From contig CAXXKA010000010.1 in assembly GCA_963668625.2 (NCBI GenBank), positions 352,001 through 416,000 of the forward strand: a DNA stretch of 64,000 bases, written 5' to 3'. Positions 48,190-57,911 of this stretch are shown piece after piece. Both the position numbers and the translations under genes were made by a program. The notes beneath the pieces are model-generated. The model searched no databases and was not told the origin of the DNA. It saw only the letters and a list, made by a program, of their open reading frames with translations. Numbering within the stretch: the first letter of the stretch is position 1; each line of letters opens with the position of its first letter. Origin of the DNA: an uncultured candidate division Zixibacteria bacterium. Lineage in GTDB: Bacteria; Zixibacteria; MSB-5A5; UBA10806; 4484-95.

Positions 48190-50543
48190 TTGAAAAAGTC
48201 AATAGTATTTTCCTTAGCTCTGGTATCTATTTTAGCGATAGCCAGTAGCGCTTCTGAAAACTCGAGCATACAGAAATCAATGTCGGAGGTAAAGGATACG
48301 ATAATTTATTTGCAGGGAGACTCGTCGGATATCCCTATGATGTTGCATAAAGAGCGTGAATTCATAACCCTAAGTCCGTATCACTCACAATCATCATCAC
48401 CGCAAGATAATGGCTTAACTCTTGATGTGCCGCCTAATGATGACTGCGCGAACGCTCAGGAGATAGGAGAGGTAGATCACCTGTCAGCGTCCACTAGAGA
48501 AGCTACTACCGATGGAGGAGACTTTTCCACAAATCCTAATATCTGGTATCTTTACACGCCTTCGGCGACCGACAGGATGAGGGCTTTTATCGGTTTTGAT
48601 GAGAACGACCATGAAGGTGGTGGCGGAAAAATTACTATTTATAGCGGTAGTTCTTGTCCAGAGCCAGCCGGTATTCCCCAGCCATCGAGTCTACAGGGCG
48701 GTGAGATTATTGAAAGCGCGGTACCTGTCTCCGACCAGCTACCGGTAGCGCACTATGGAAGTTTAGACGGGTATGTTCGTGATTACCATGATTATTCGTG
48801 TGGCTTAGAGCACAGTTTCGTGGGTCCTGACGCTGTTTATTCATACACGCCCCAGTCCGATAAAGTAATCGATATTGTCCTCGGAGAAATAGATGGCGAT
48901 GTTAACCTTGTAGTAATGGATGAGGATAGTAACGAATTGGCCTGCGGCAACTGTCATAGATATGAAAACTCTGAAGATAATATTAGCGGGCCGGCTATAC
49001 TTAATTTTCCCGTTACAGCCGGAGAGACATATTATCTGGTTCTATCAGGAAATTATACAGATGTGTTCTACAATTATATGTTCGCTATTTTCGAACCTGG
49101 TTATGAAATAGTAGACATGAGCCTTGGATTTCGTTTCACTGGCGCCTGGGTTGATTTTTTATGCTATCGCAGGAAATCAGTACCTTATAGAGGTAAGCTA
49201 TGAACACCCTTTTGAGAGTTCTTTCCTAACAATTGAACCTATTCCTGATCCTCCAGTTAATGATGTTTGCGAAAATGCCCAGGATGGCGGTGTGGCTTCG
49301 AGAATTTGAGACCATACAATTCACCGGAGATAATACAGCGGCGACTATGACAGTTCCTTTTATTATGCCTTACCCTGAAGTGTGGGTTAAGTTTACTCTT
49401 GAGGATACACTTACTATTTTAATGGATTATTGTGGCAATACATCAATTGGTGATTACATTGTCCAATCGTTTGTCATGACTCAAGACTGCCCGTTTCATT
49501 CGGAGGGCTGGTATTTTGGTGATTCCCCGTTTGATATTCTCTTTTTGCCCAAATATGTCAATGTTGGTATGGTGGGATGACCTACCTCCCGGTACTTACT
49601 ACTATCCTATGCTTGTTCATAATGATTACGAAGGGTACTATTCGATTAACATTACCGCGATGAGCAGTCAGGAGTGTAAAGAGGATGTCTTGTTTGGTCA
49701 GAGCCCTACAAGTTTGCGAAATCCTATTAGCGATAATTACTATTATTCTGATTACGAGGTTGGCTTTGCCTGCGTAGATAAATTTGAGGATGTTACCGGT
49801 CCTATCAACGAGATAAACTGGTGGGGAATTTCTGCAGATCCCTCCGAGGAAGAAAATCCATAATTGCGATCCCGAAGAACCATATACATTCCAAATAGTA
49901 TTCTTGCAACTTGAATCAGACCTCGCCTTACCTGCCGGGAGATACTGCTGCTGTTTACGATGTAAATCCCGAAATTACTGAAACCGGATTTAAACTTAAC
50001 AACTATACTATTAACGAGATTCCTCAAAGGAAGTATACAGCAGTTTTACCAGATCCAGTTGAAATGGAAACCGGCTGGATAATGATTCGCGGTAATGATG
50101 GCATCAATAATTGCGCTTTTGCCTGGCAAAACTCTTCGGCCAATTTTGAAAATGGCCTTATTTTCGATGCTATAGAAAATAGCTGGTCTCGTACTGATGA
50201 AAGCTATGCTTTCTGCCTGGGAGAGGGCCAGGTTGGCATTGATGATGAATCAGAGGAAACACCATCTAATTATGAACTGATCTGGAACTACCCCAATCCG
50301 TTTAACGCTACGACCTCTATACAATTTTCATTAAAACATTCAGACGATGTCACATTATCAATATACGATATAGGAGGCCGCTTGATAAAGTCAGTGTACG
50401 ATGGTTCTCTTTCCGCCGGCTTACATAGTGTTATTTGGGATGGCTCAAACCAATCAGGTGAAACAGCATCCTCAGGTATCTATTTCTATAGATTACAGAC
50501 CTCCGACGAGGTACACGTTAACAGAATGATATTATTGAAATAA
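48190..50543 (+). pseudogene. Multiply frameshifted secreted protein (PPNDxC modules, FlgD-Ig/T9SS-like tail)
   Basis: Consecutive ORFs 48190, 49124, 49233, 49516 and 49911 join into one protein homologous to 50804 (NQYLIEV, PPVNDVCENA, PEVWVKFT, GTYYYP) ending NYPNPFN...SSGIYFY. Confidence 0.8.
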
Positions 50544-50803
50544 ACAGTAAACAGACATAATTAAGGATAAGAATCAATTTTGAAAAAAGATCAATCTTTA
50601 ACTCACAAGAATCAGAAATCAGGGAAGAAAAATGGCTGTTCGGCCCAATCCGAACAGCCTGAAAACAGAATTTCGGATTTAACACCCGATTCGCAGGAAA
50701 AATTAAATGATCAAACGAGAAAAAGCAAACGTATTATGTTCCCGATCCACTGATAGTCGGATTTCTGAAGGTCGCTTATAACGTTTGCGGAGGAAATTGA
50801 AGT

Positions 50804-53800
50804 ATGAAAAAAGTACTGCTTTTTATATTGATACCAATTTCATTTTGCGCCATAACTTCTTATGCGCTGGCCGATCCTCCGGCTAACGATGATTGTATCG
50901 ATGCTACTGATGCCGGCACCCTGTCGGCGGGCATGCCCGTTCAACTCAGCGGTAGTTTGATTGATGCTACGAATGATTGCCAGAATGTTTGGTATCCAGA
51001 GGTGTGGATTAAGTTCACAATTACATCATTTATGGATGTTACGATAGATTACTGTGATGATGCAAACTACTTGTTTGAGGCATCCTCCGTGCTATTTAGT
51101 GATTGCCCGTGTGGTTCAGCTATTGATTACAGTCTTTGGGATCATTGCCCGTTAGGTAATCCGTCGTATACCTGGTATGGCCTGAGCGCTGGTACTTACT
51201 ATTATCCAATTGGAGGCGTGTGGGGTAGTACTGAGAAAGCCGGCTCCTATACGATAAACATAACCGGTGATAATTGTCCGCCACCTCCTGCCAATGATGA
51301 TTGTGCTAACGCGATCTCGGTATCCGAGGTTACGGACCAGTCTTACAGCACTCGCGGAGCTACTTTTGATGGCACAGGTACCTGCCTGACCTCTGGAAAT
51401 ATCTGGTATGTGTATACACCCAGCTTCACGGGTACTGCCAGGATTTCGCTGGATCCATCATATAGTTCAAGAGTTACCGCTTATGATGGCTACTCTTGTT
51501 TGCCATTGCCTTCACAGTTGGGATGCGAGGAATCAGAGATTGATTTTGCGGTCGTTACAGGCCAGCAGTACCTTTTGGAAATCGGTGGTTCCGATTCATC
51601 CGTTGGAGATGGAACATTTACTATTAGAGAAGCTCCGGAATCGCCAGCCAACGACGATTGCGCTGACGCTACCGATGCAGGGACCCTGGTAGACGGCAAC
51701 ACGGTTCAGCTCAGTGGGTCTCTTATTGAGGCGACTGTTGATTGTCAGTTTAACTATGTCCCCGAAGTCTGGGTAAAATTCACTTTAAACTCTTGCATGG
51801 ATGTTACCATTGATTTTTGCGATTATGAGGAACAGTTTTATGGCGCTCCCATGTATTTATACGCGGATTGCCCCTGCGATGATGGGATGGTATCATATAA
51901 TAACTCATACAACTGCGAGCTTAACGGCAATCCGATAATGACCTGGCAGGGGCTGGAAGCCGGTACATATTATTATGCAATATATTATGAGTTCTTCTTA
52001 AATACCGATGCGTATGATTCATATGTTGTTAATATTACCGGCACTGATTGCCCGTTACCGCCTGCTAATGATAACTGCAGTGACGCTATCGCAATCGGAG
52101 AGGTAACCGATTATGGATTCACGACCCGAAGTGCGACATATGATGGCAGCGGTAGTTGTATCACCGAGGGGGCAAATGTATGGTTTGTTTATACTCCATC
52201 GTTTACCGGAGATGCCAGAATAAATCTTAACGGCTCCGAATTCAACACTGTATTTGCTGTCTACGATGGCGCGACCTGCTCTCCTCTTCCCTTTGAAATC
52301 GATTGTACTGAGGAACCAAGTATGGATTACATAGTGGTTTCCGGACAACAATACCTTATAGAAATCGGCGCGAGCAATGAAGAGACAGGCGCCGGTGTAT
52401 TAACTATTGGTGAAGTACCTGATGCCCCGCCGAATGATAACTGTGAAAATGCGGATGATGGCGGAGTATTGATATCAGATTCTACAGTTCAATTTACAGG
52501 CACCACGGCTGGAGCGACACAGGATTGTGTGATGAATTACTATCCTGAGGTCTGGATTAAATTCACGGTACCATCCTGCATGGATATCACCATTGATTTT
52601 TGTGAAAATGAAGGCCGTATCTGGGAATTAGCGGAAAATTTGTATTACGATTGCTCATGTTACGATAGTCGTTACGCTAATGGCAATGACTATTGCGATA
52701 ACGACAATCCTATACTTAATTTCTATGGAGTCGAATCGGGTACATACTATTATTCAGTTTATGCTGTAGATGGAGGCAGTCCTTATACAGTTAACATTAC
52801 GGGCGTTGATTGTCCTTTACCTCCTGAGCCGGATTTCATCGTGACTGCCCCCTATACGGGAACAAGCACTACATGCGGTGCCGGGGACGATTGCAGAATT
52901 CCTTACGCCGGTGAGGATCAACTTTATGAGGTAACAATTTCCACGGATGGCAACTGGCTTTTCTCGCTGTGTAATAGCCAATCGGAATGGGAATCAGCAA
53001 TTACTCTTGGCACATCTCCCTGCGGCTGGGATATTGATCTGGAAAATCAAGATTGTGAAAACTGGCAGTCAGCGGGAATAGCTTATGGCCTTGATGCTGG
53101 AACCTATTACCTGAATATTGATGCCTCTGGAATCAGTTGCGGCGAATATACGCTGGATATACTTGAAATACCAGGGCCTTGCGATAATTCATACTATACC
53201 AATGGTAATCCGGATTACGCTGATGCGATAGCATCTTATCGCACGAGCGGAGAGACAGGTGTTTACTATGCCTGTGATGATTTCACTATCACCGAAGACA
53301 TTACTCTCGAAAGTATTAATTTCATGTCCGCTCTGTATAGCGAAGGTTTTGTGTATTTCGATGGGACAGGCGACTATATGATTTTATCTGACGATGGCGG
53401 CGCTCCCGGATCAATTCTTTACGAAGGCACGGAAGTGCAATGCGATGAAGTATCGACCGGCCGTCTTTATCATGGCATGGATGAAGTTTTCGCGTATCAA
53501 TTCGATAATCTGGACATCGAATTAGCGGCTGGAACTTATTTCCTGGCCTGTCGCACTATATCATCCCCGAACTACTGGTTAACGACAGATTCTCAAGCCG
53601 GAACAACCGCGTTTTACATGGATGATATTAATACTAATTGGACTCCATCAGGAGTTAACGCCGATTTGGCCTTCTGTTTGCTTGCTTCTACAAACGGCGG
53701 CGATTTCGAATACCTCCCCGGTGACGCCAACATGGCTGCCGGCTCGTGGCCGCCGAATGTAATCGGCGCGGATGTCACCTACCTGGTAAACTATTTCCGG

Positions 53801-54055
53801 GCTATCGCCGCGCCATGTCTGGTCGGTGGTTTCTATAACTCGGCTGATGCTAACGGTGACTGTTCGGTAATCGGCGCTGATGTCACTTACCTGGTACAAT
53901 ATTTCCGAGGCGCGAACGAATTACATTTCTGCCCGGACTATGAGCCAGCCTGGCAAAGCAGCGGTGATTTACCGGCCGAGGCTCCCTCCGGTTGGCCGAA
54001 TTGTGAAACTCCATCGTTGCTAAACGATCTAATTGTGCCCACTTCAGATCGTTAA
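50804..54055 (+). CDS. Secreted Cys-rich repeat protein with C-terminal dockerin-like domain
   Basis: Signal peptide; five PPxND(D/N)C-initiated modules in A-B-A-B-A order; two GADVTYLV.YFR dockerin repeats. Confidence 0.85.
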   Translation: MKKVLLFILIPISFCAITSYALADPPANDDCIDATDAGTLSAGMPVQLSGSLIDATNDCQNVWYPEVWIKFTITSFMDVTIDYCDDANYLFEASSVLFSDCPCGSAIDYSLWDHCPLGNPSYTWYGLSAGTYYYPIGGVWGSTEKAGSYTINITGDNCPPPPANDDCANAISVSEVTDQSYSTRGATFDGTGTCLTSGNIWYVYTPSFTGTARISLDPSYSSRVTAYDGYSCLPLPSQLGCEESEIDFAVVTGQQYLLEIGGSDSSVGDGTFTIREAPESPANDDCADATDAGTLVDGNTVQLSGSLIEATVDCQFNYVPEVWVKFTLNSCMDVTIDFCDYEEQFYGAPMYLYADCPCDDGMVSYNNSYNCELNGNPIMTWQGLEAGTYYYAIYYEFFLNTDAYDSYVVNITGTDCPLPPANDNCSDAIAIGEVTDYGFTTRSATYDGSGSCITEGANVWFVYTPSFTGDARINLNGSEFNTVFAVYDGATCSPLPFEIDCTEEPSMDYIVVSGQQYLIEIGASNEETGAGVLTIGEVPDAPPNDNCENADDGGVLISDSTVQFTGTTAGATQDCVMNYYPEVWIKFTVPSCMDITIDFCENEGRIWELAENLYYDCSCYDSRYANGNDYCDNDNPILNFYGVESGTYYYSVYAVDGGSPYTVNITGVDCPLPPEPDFIVTAPYTGTSTTCGAGDDCRIPYAGEDQLYEVTISTDGNWLFSLCNSQSEWESAITLGTSPCGWDIDLENQDCENWQSAGIAYGLDAGTYYLNIDASGISCGEYTLDILEIPGPCDNSYYTNGNPDYADAIASYRTSGETGVYYACDDFTITEDITLESINFMSALYSEGFVYFDGTGDYMILSDDGGAPGSILYEGTEVQCDEVSTGRLYHGMDEVFAYQFDNLDIELAAGTYFLACRTISSPNYWLTTDSQAGTTAFYMDDINTNWTPSGVNADLAFCLLASTNGGDFEYLPGDANMAAGSWPPNVIGADVTYLVNYFRAIAAPCLVGGFYNSADANGDCSVIGADVTYLVQYFRGANELHFCPDYEPAWQSSGDLPAEAPSGWPNCETPSLLNDLIVPTSDR

Positions 54056-54078
54056 TTATTACCTTTAAGAAAAGGGTG

Positions 54079-54105
54079 AAAGGCGGCTTTAAAGCCGCCT
54101 TTTTT
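54079..54105 (+). terminator. Intrinsic terminator
   Basis: AAAGGCGGCT-ttaa-AGCCGCCTTTTTT. Confidence 0.85.
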
Positions 54106-54267
54106 CTAACGATTTTCTAACGAGTTACTCGATGGAACTCAACAGAAATCGACACAACTTAACGCAACTGAATGGAACTAAACAGTTGAATATCAGCAAA
54201 TTAAACATAACTCGATGATATACAGAATATTAGCTGATATTACCCTCGTCGAATCCCTTTTTCTCCG
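54104..54267. repeat. att-like arm plus degenerate tRNA 3'-end core, copy 2
   Basis: TTCTAACGA x2; (A/T)ACT-like motif at a 10-bp period (54126-54176); IHF-consensus TATCAGcaaaTTA; core TCGAATCCCTtTtTCTCCG. Confidence 0.75.
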
Positions 54268-54371
54268 TATTATAACTCCACTATTCAATACTTGACAGTA
54301 ATTGCGACAGTAGGAAATACAACCTTCATTTAAAATTCTAAATAAAGGTTTACAATTTCACAAAAAATAAC

Positions 54372-54399
54372 TTGACATTCATTGAAATAAATATATAAT
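54372..54399 (+). promoter_or_regulatory. Sigma70-type promoter of the lys operon
   Basis: TTGACA-16 bp-TATAAT. Confidence 0.75.
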
Positions 54400-54433
54400 G
54401 GCTTCTCGAGTTTGAACGATATTAAGAAATGAG

Positions 54434-54574
54434 ATGAGATTGAATAACCCAAATGGCATTATCGCCAAAGCAGCAAGCTCAATAAACGGCCGAAAACAGG
54501 TTGTCATAAATAAGTCTAAGCGCGTGCTTAATATATATGGAGATATCCGGTTGGGTTACATCGTAATGAAATAG
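54434..54574 (+). CDS. Putative leader peptide (46 aa)
   Basis: MRLNNPNGIIAKAASSINGRKQVVINKSKRVLNIYGDIRLGYIVMK, located between the promoter and the attenuator-like terminator. Confidence 0.45.
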   Translation: MRLNNPNGIIAKAASSINGRKQVVINKSKRVLNIYGDIRLGYIVMK

Positions 54575-54599
54575 AATCTGAGTAAAAATAAAATTCTTT

Positions 54600-54633
54600 A
54601 AAAAGCCTTTCCACCCGGAAAGGCTTTTTTTTT
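54600..54633 (+). terminator. Attenuator-like terminator upstream of lysW
   Basis: AAAAGCCTTTCC-accc-GGAAAGGCTTTTTTTTT, about 33 bp before the lysW start. Confidence 0.8.
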
Positions 54634-54665
54634 CGCTTAATAACTCAAATTGAAAGGAAAGAAAA

Positions 54666-54830
54666 ATGACAGAATGCCCGGTTTGCGGAACAAAAATTAC
54701 ATTGGAAAACGATGTTGTTCAAGGTGAAATCCTTGTCTGTATTGAATGCGGTACGGAGTTAGAACTTTTTAGTGTTGATCCTATAACTATAGTTGAAGCG
54801 CCTCAGGAAGAAGAGGATTGGGGTGAATAA
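54666..54830 (+). CDS. lysW: Amino-group carrier protein LysW (absent from the ORF track)
   Basis: MTECPVCG...CIECGTELE...EEEDWGE*; 54 aa with the diagnostic C-terminal EDWGE. Confidence 0.97.
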   Translation: MTECPVCGTKITLENDVVQGEILVCIECGTELELFSVDPITIVEAPQEEEDWGE

Positions 54831-55992
54831 TCAAATCCAGATACTTGATTCAACTCTACGTGAGGGAGAACAAACTCCGGGAGTTTATTTCGACAATCAC
54901 ATAAAAAAAGAAATTGCGGATATTCTGAACTCCATTGGCGTTGGCTATATAGAGGCTGGGCATCCCCTGGTTAGCGATGAAATCTGTACGGCAGTTAGAG
55001 ATATTAGTCGCCTTAACTTGAACTCGATAGTCGTTGCTCATGCCAGATCACAGAAAAAAGATATAGATATGGCATTGCAATCAAATGTCGGTATGATCGG
55101 GATTTTCTATTGTGTTTCCGATAAAAGACTAAATGACGTTTTCAATGTAAGCCTGACCAAAGCAATCGACCAGATAGTATCAACAATTACCTATGCTAAA
55201 GAGCAGAAGCCTGATATTCTGATCAGGTATACACCCGAGGATACGGTACGTTCGAAATTTCAAAACGTCGTTGATGCCTCAGTAGCGGCTGTCGAAGCCG
55301 GCGCGGATATTATTAGTGTTGCTGATACTACTGGATATATGATACCCGGCGTCCGTAGCATGTATGATTATATAAGCCGGCTCAGGGATGCATTATCAAA
55401 GCATGGGATACGTCCTACTATCGCAGCCCATTGCCACAACGACAGGGGGCTTGCTCTGGCAAATTCGCTTGATGCCGTGCGGGCTGGAGCCAACATTATT
55501 GACGCCTCCGTGTTGAGGCTGGGTGAACGAACCGGTATTACTGATCTCGCTGAAATTCTCTTTAATCTAACTGATGGATTTCATCTAGATCGGTGGGATC
55601 TCCCACGTCTGCAAAAACTATATGAACTCGTTAGCAATTACACCGGCATCGGAATCCCTGTAAATTATCCTATTGTCGGGGAAAATGCTTTTACTCACAA
55701 TGCTGGTGTTCATACCCATGCATGGATCAAGAAGAACGACCATTATGAAAGCGTGCAGCCTGAAATTGTCGGCCGTACATCAAAAATATGCCTGGATAAT
55801 ATGTCCGGTTTGGCCTCGGTGATTCATGCTCTGGAGCGCATAAGCAATGCTGAAATAGATATTGAAATGGCAAAGTGGATTTTAAAACGCGTGAAGGAGA
55901 TTGGTTTGAGAGGACGCGCTGTTAAAGAAGATGAACTGAATTTGTTGGTTAAATACTTTAAATCTCTGGTTGAAGGACATTCAGCTGCTTAA
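54823..55992 (+). CDS. Homocitrate synthase-like (DRE-TIM) enzyme
   Basis: LDSTLREGEQ, ADTTG, HCHNDRG, LGERTG, FTHNAGVH; GTG start overlaps the end of lysW. Confidence 0.85.
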   Translation: MNNQIQILDSTLREGEQTPGVYFDNHIKKEIADILNSIGVGYIEAGHPLVSDEICTAVRDISRLNLNSIVVAHARSQKKDIDMALQSNVGMIGIFYCVSDKRLNDVFNVSLTKAIDQIVSTITYAKEQKPDILIRYTPEDTVRSKFQNVVDASVAAVEAGADIISVADTTGYMIPGVRSMYDYISRLRDALSKHGIRPTIAAHCHNDRGLALANSLDAVRAGANIIDASVLRLGERTGITDLAEILFNLTDGFHLDRWDLPRLQKLYELVSNYTGIGIPVNYPIVGENAFTHNAGVHTHAWIKKNDHYESVQPEIVGRTSKICLDNMSGLASVIHALERISNAEIDIEMAKWILKRVKEIGLRGRAVKEDELNLLVKYFKSLVEGHSAA

Positions 55993-56006
55993 GAAAGTAG
56001 GATAAT

Positions 56007-56861
56007 ATGAGAATTGGTTTTTTACATTCGCTAATTCGCAAAGATGAGAAATTGTTGATAGATGAATTCAAAAAGAGAAAAAATCTTGAATTAGTGATGA
56101 TAGATGACAGGCGGATTTCATTTGATTTAAAAAGCTCCGGATATTCTGTAGATGTATTGGTTGAGAGGTGCATAAACCATTCGAGGGCGCTCCATGCTTT
56201 AAGGCTTTTTGAAAGCCAGGGTATAACCTGCGTAAATACATCCTCAGTGGCGACTATATGTGGAGATAAACTACTAACCTCGGTTGTACTCGAGGAGAAT
56301 AATATACCTCAGCCTGAGATTCGAGTTGCTTTTACAGTGGAATCAGCTCTGTCGGCAATTGAGGATATTGGTTATCCGGTTGTTTTGAAACCAGCTGTTG
56401 GCTCCTGGGGAAGGCTTCTGGCTAAAATCAACGATCGCGATGCAGCGGAGGCAATCCTTGAGCATAAAACTGTTCTGGGAAGTTACCATCATTCGATTTT
56501 CTATATACAGAAATATATCTCTAAAAATGGCAGAGACATCAGGAGCTTTATTGTTGGCGATCGATGTATAGCCGCGATTTATAGAAATTCTGATCATTGG
56601 ATAACCAACACCGCGAGAGGAGCTGAAGCAGAAAACTGCCCGGTAACCGCAGACATTCGCGATCTCTCTATAAGAGCAGCCAGGGCCGTAGGTGGGGGAA
56701 TCGTGGCAGTTGATCTTCTGGAGAGCCCGGACGGTCTTCTGGTTAATGAAGTTAATTACACGATGGAATTTAAAAACAGTATAACCACGACAGGTGTTGA
56801 TATACCCCGATACATTGTCGACTACGCGATAACGGCGGCTGAAAGAGGAGTTTATGAATAA
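56007..56861 (+). CDS. lysX: Alpha-aminoadipate--LysW ligase
   Basis: ATP-grasp [35 protein letters not shown]. Confidence 0.93.
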   Translation: MRIGFLHSLIRKDEKLLIDEFKKRKNLELVMIDDRRISFDLKSSGYSVDVLVERCINHSRALHALRLFESQGITCVNTSSVATICGDKLLTSVVLEENNIPQPEIRVAFTVESALSAIEDIGYPVVLKPAVGSWGRLLAKINDRDAAEAILEHKTVLGSYHHSIFYIQKYISKNGRDIRSFIVGDRCIAAIYRNSDHWITNTARGAEAENCPVTADIRDLSIRAARAVGGGIVAVDLLESPDGLLVNEVNYTMEFKNSITTTGVDIPRYIVDYAITAAERGVYE

Positions 56862-57900
56862 TGCGAAAGTATCTGTAGTGGGAGGATCAGGCTATGTTGG
56901 CGGCGAATTAATAAGGTTGCTACTTTCACATCCTCATACGGATATTCATCAAGTGACCTCTGAAAGAAACGTGGGGAGGTATGTTCATCAGTTGCATCCC
57001 AATCTCCGCAATAGAACACGGATGAAATATTGCAAGCTTAATGACCTGGAAACCTGTGACATCCTGTTTATATGCCTGCCTCACACAAAGACCATAGCTC
57101 ATATTGATAGGTTTTTGGGGCTTGCCGATAAAGTCATCGATCTGGGTGCTGATTTCCGTTTAAACACGGAAGATGATTATGCCTTCTGGTATGGTTTACC
57201 GCACGGCTACCCGGAATTACTCAAAAAGTTCGTCTATGGCATTCCAGAACTCCGAAGAGATGAGATGAGAAATTCCAATTATATCTCCAGCGCTGGATGC
57301 AATGCCACGGTAACGATACTGGCGTTGTATCCGCTATTTAAGAACGATTTGATAGAGCCGGAGAGGACTGTCGTCGAGGTCAAGGTAGGTTCTAGCGAAA
57401 GCGGTAATAATGTTTCAATGGCTTCTCATCATCCGGAAAGAAGCGGATGTGTCAGGTCTTTCAAGCCTGTAGGTCACAGGCATATTGCTGAAATATTACA
57501 GGAGTTGTCGTTTGGAAAGAAAATCGAGGTACACTTCTCGGTCACATCGGTGGAGCTTGTTCGTGGTGCTCTGGCGACCTCGCATGTTTTTCTGAAAAGC
57601 GATGTTGATGAAAAAGATATCTGGAAAATATATCGCAAGGAATACGGTAATGAGCCCTTTATCCGTATAGTAAAAGAAAAAAATGGAATCTATCGTTACC
57701 CGGAGCCGAAATTGCTTGTAGGTTCTAATTACTGCGATATCGGTTTTGTAAAAGATATGAGCTCTAACAGGCTGGTTGTAATCAGCGCTATTGATAATCT
57801 CATGAAAGGTGCGGCCGGACAGGCTGTTCAAGCATTAAATTTGATGTTAGGCTGCAATGAAACCACAGGTCTCGAATTTCCCGGACTTCACCCGGTTTAA
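56854..57900 (+). CDS. lysY: LysW-aminoadipyl-phosphate reductase (ArgC-like)
   Basis: [38 protein letters not shown]. Confidence 0.92.
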   Translation: MNNAKVSVVGGSGYVGGELIRLLLSHPHTDIHQVTSERNVGRYVHQLHPNLRNRTRMKYCKLNDLETCDILFICLPHTKTIAHIDRFLGLADKVIDLGADFRLNTEDDYAFWYGLPHGYPELLKKFVYGIPELRRDEMRNSNYISSAGCNATVTILALYPLFKNDLIEPERTVVEVKVGSSESGNNVSMASHHPERSGCVRSFKPVGHRHIAEILQELSFGKKIEVHFSVTSVELVRGALATSHVFLKSDVDEKDIWKIYRKEYGNEPFIRIVKEKNGIYRYPEPKLLVGSNYCDIGFVKDMSSNRLVVISAIDNLMKGAAGQAVQALNLMLGCNETTGLEFPGLHPV

Positions 57901-57911
57901 AGGAGTGGAAG

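Larger units (their letters stand above)
46855..54267. mobile_element. tRNA-integrated island 2 (no integrase visible)
   Basis: Ends in a 17/19 match to the tRNA 3' end (54249-54267), preceded by an arm homologous to 46691-46835. Confidence 0.7.

Noticed and set aside
50634-50660. Hairpin GGCTGTTCGG/CCGAACAGCC as a terminator or ncRNA
   Set aside because: There is no U-tract on the + strand and no second copy, so no function can be assigned.
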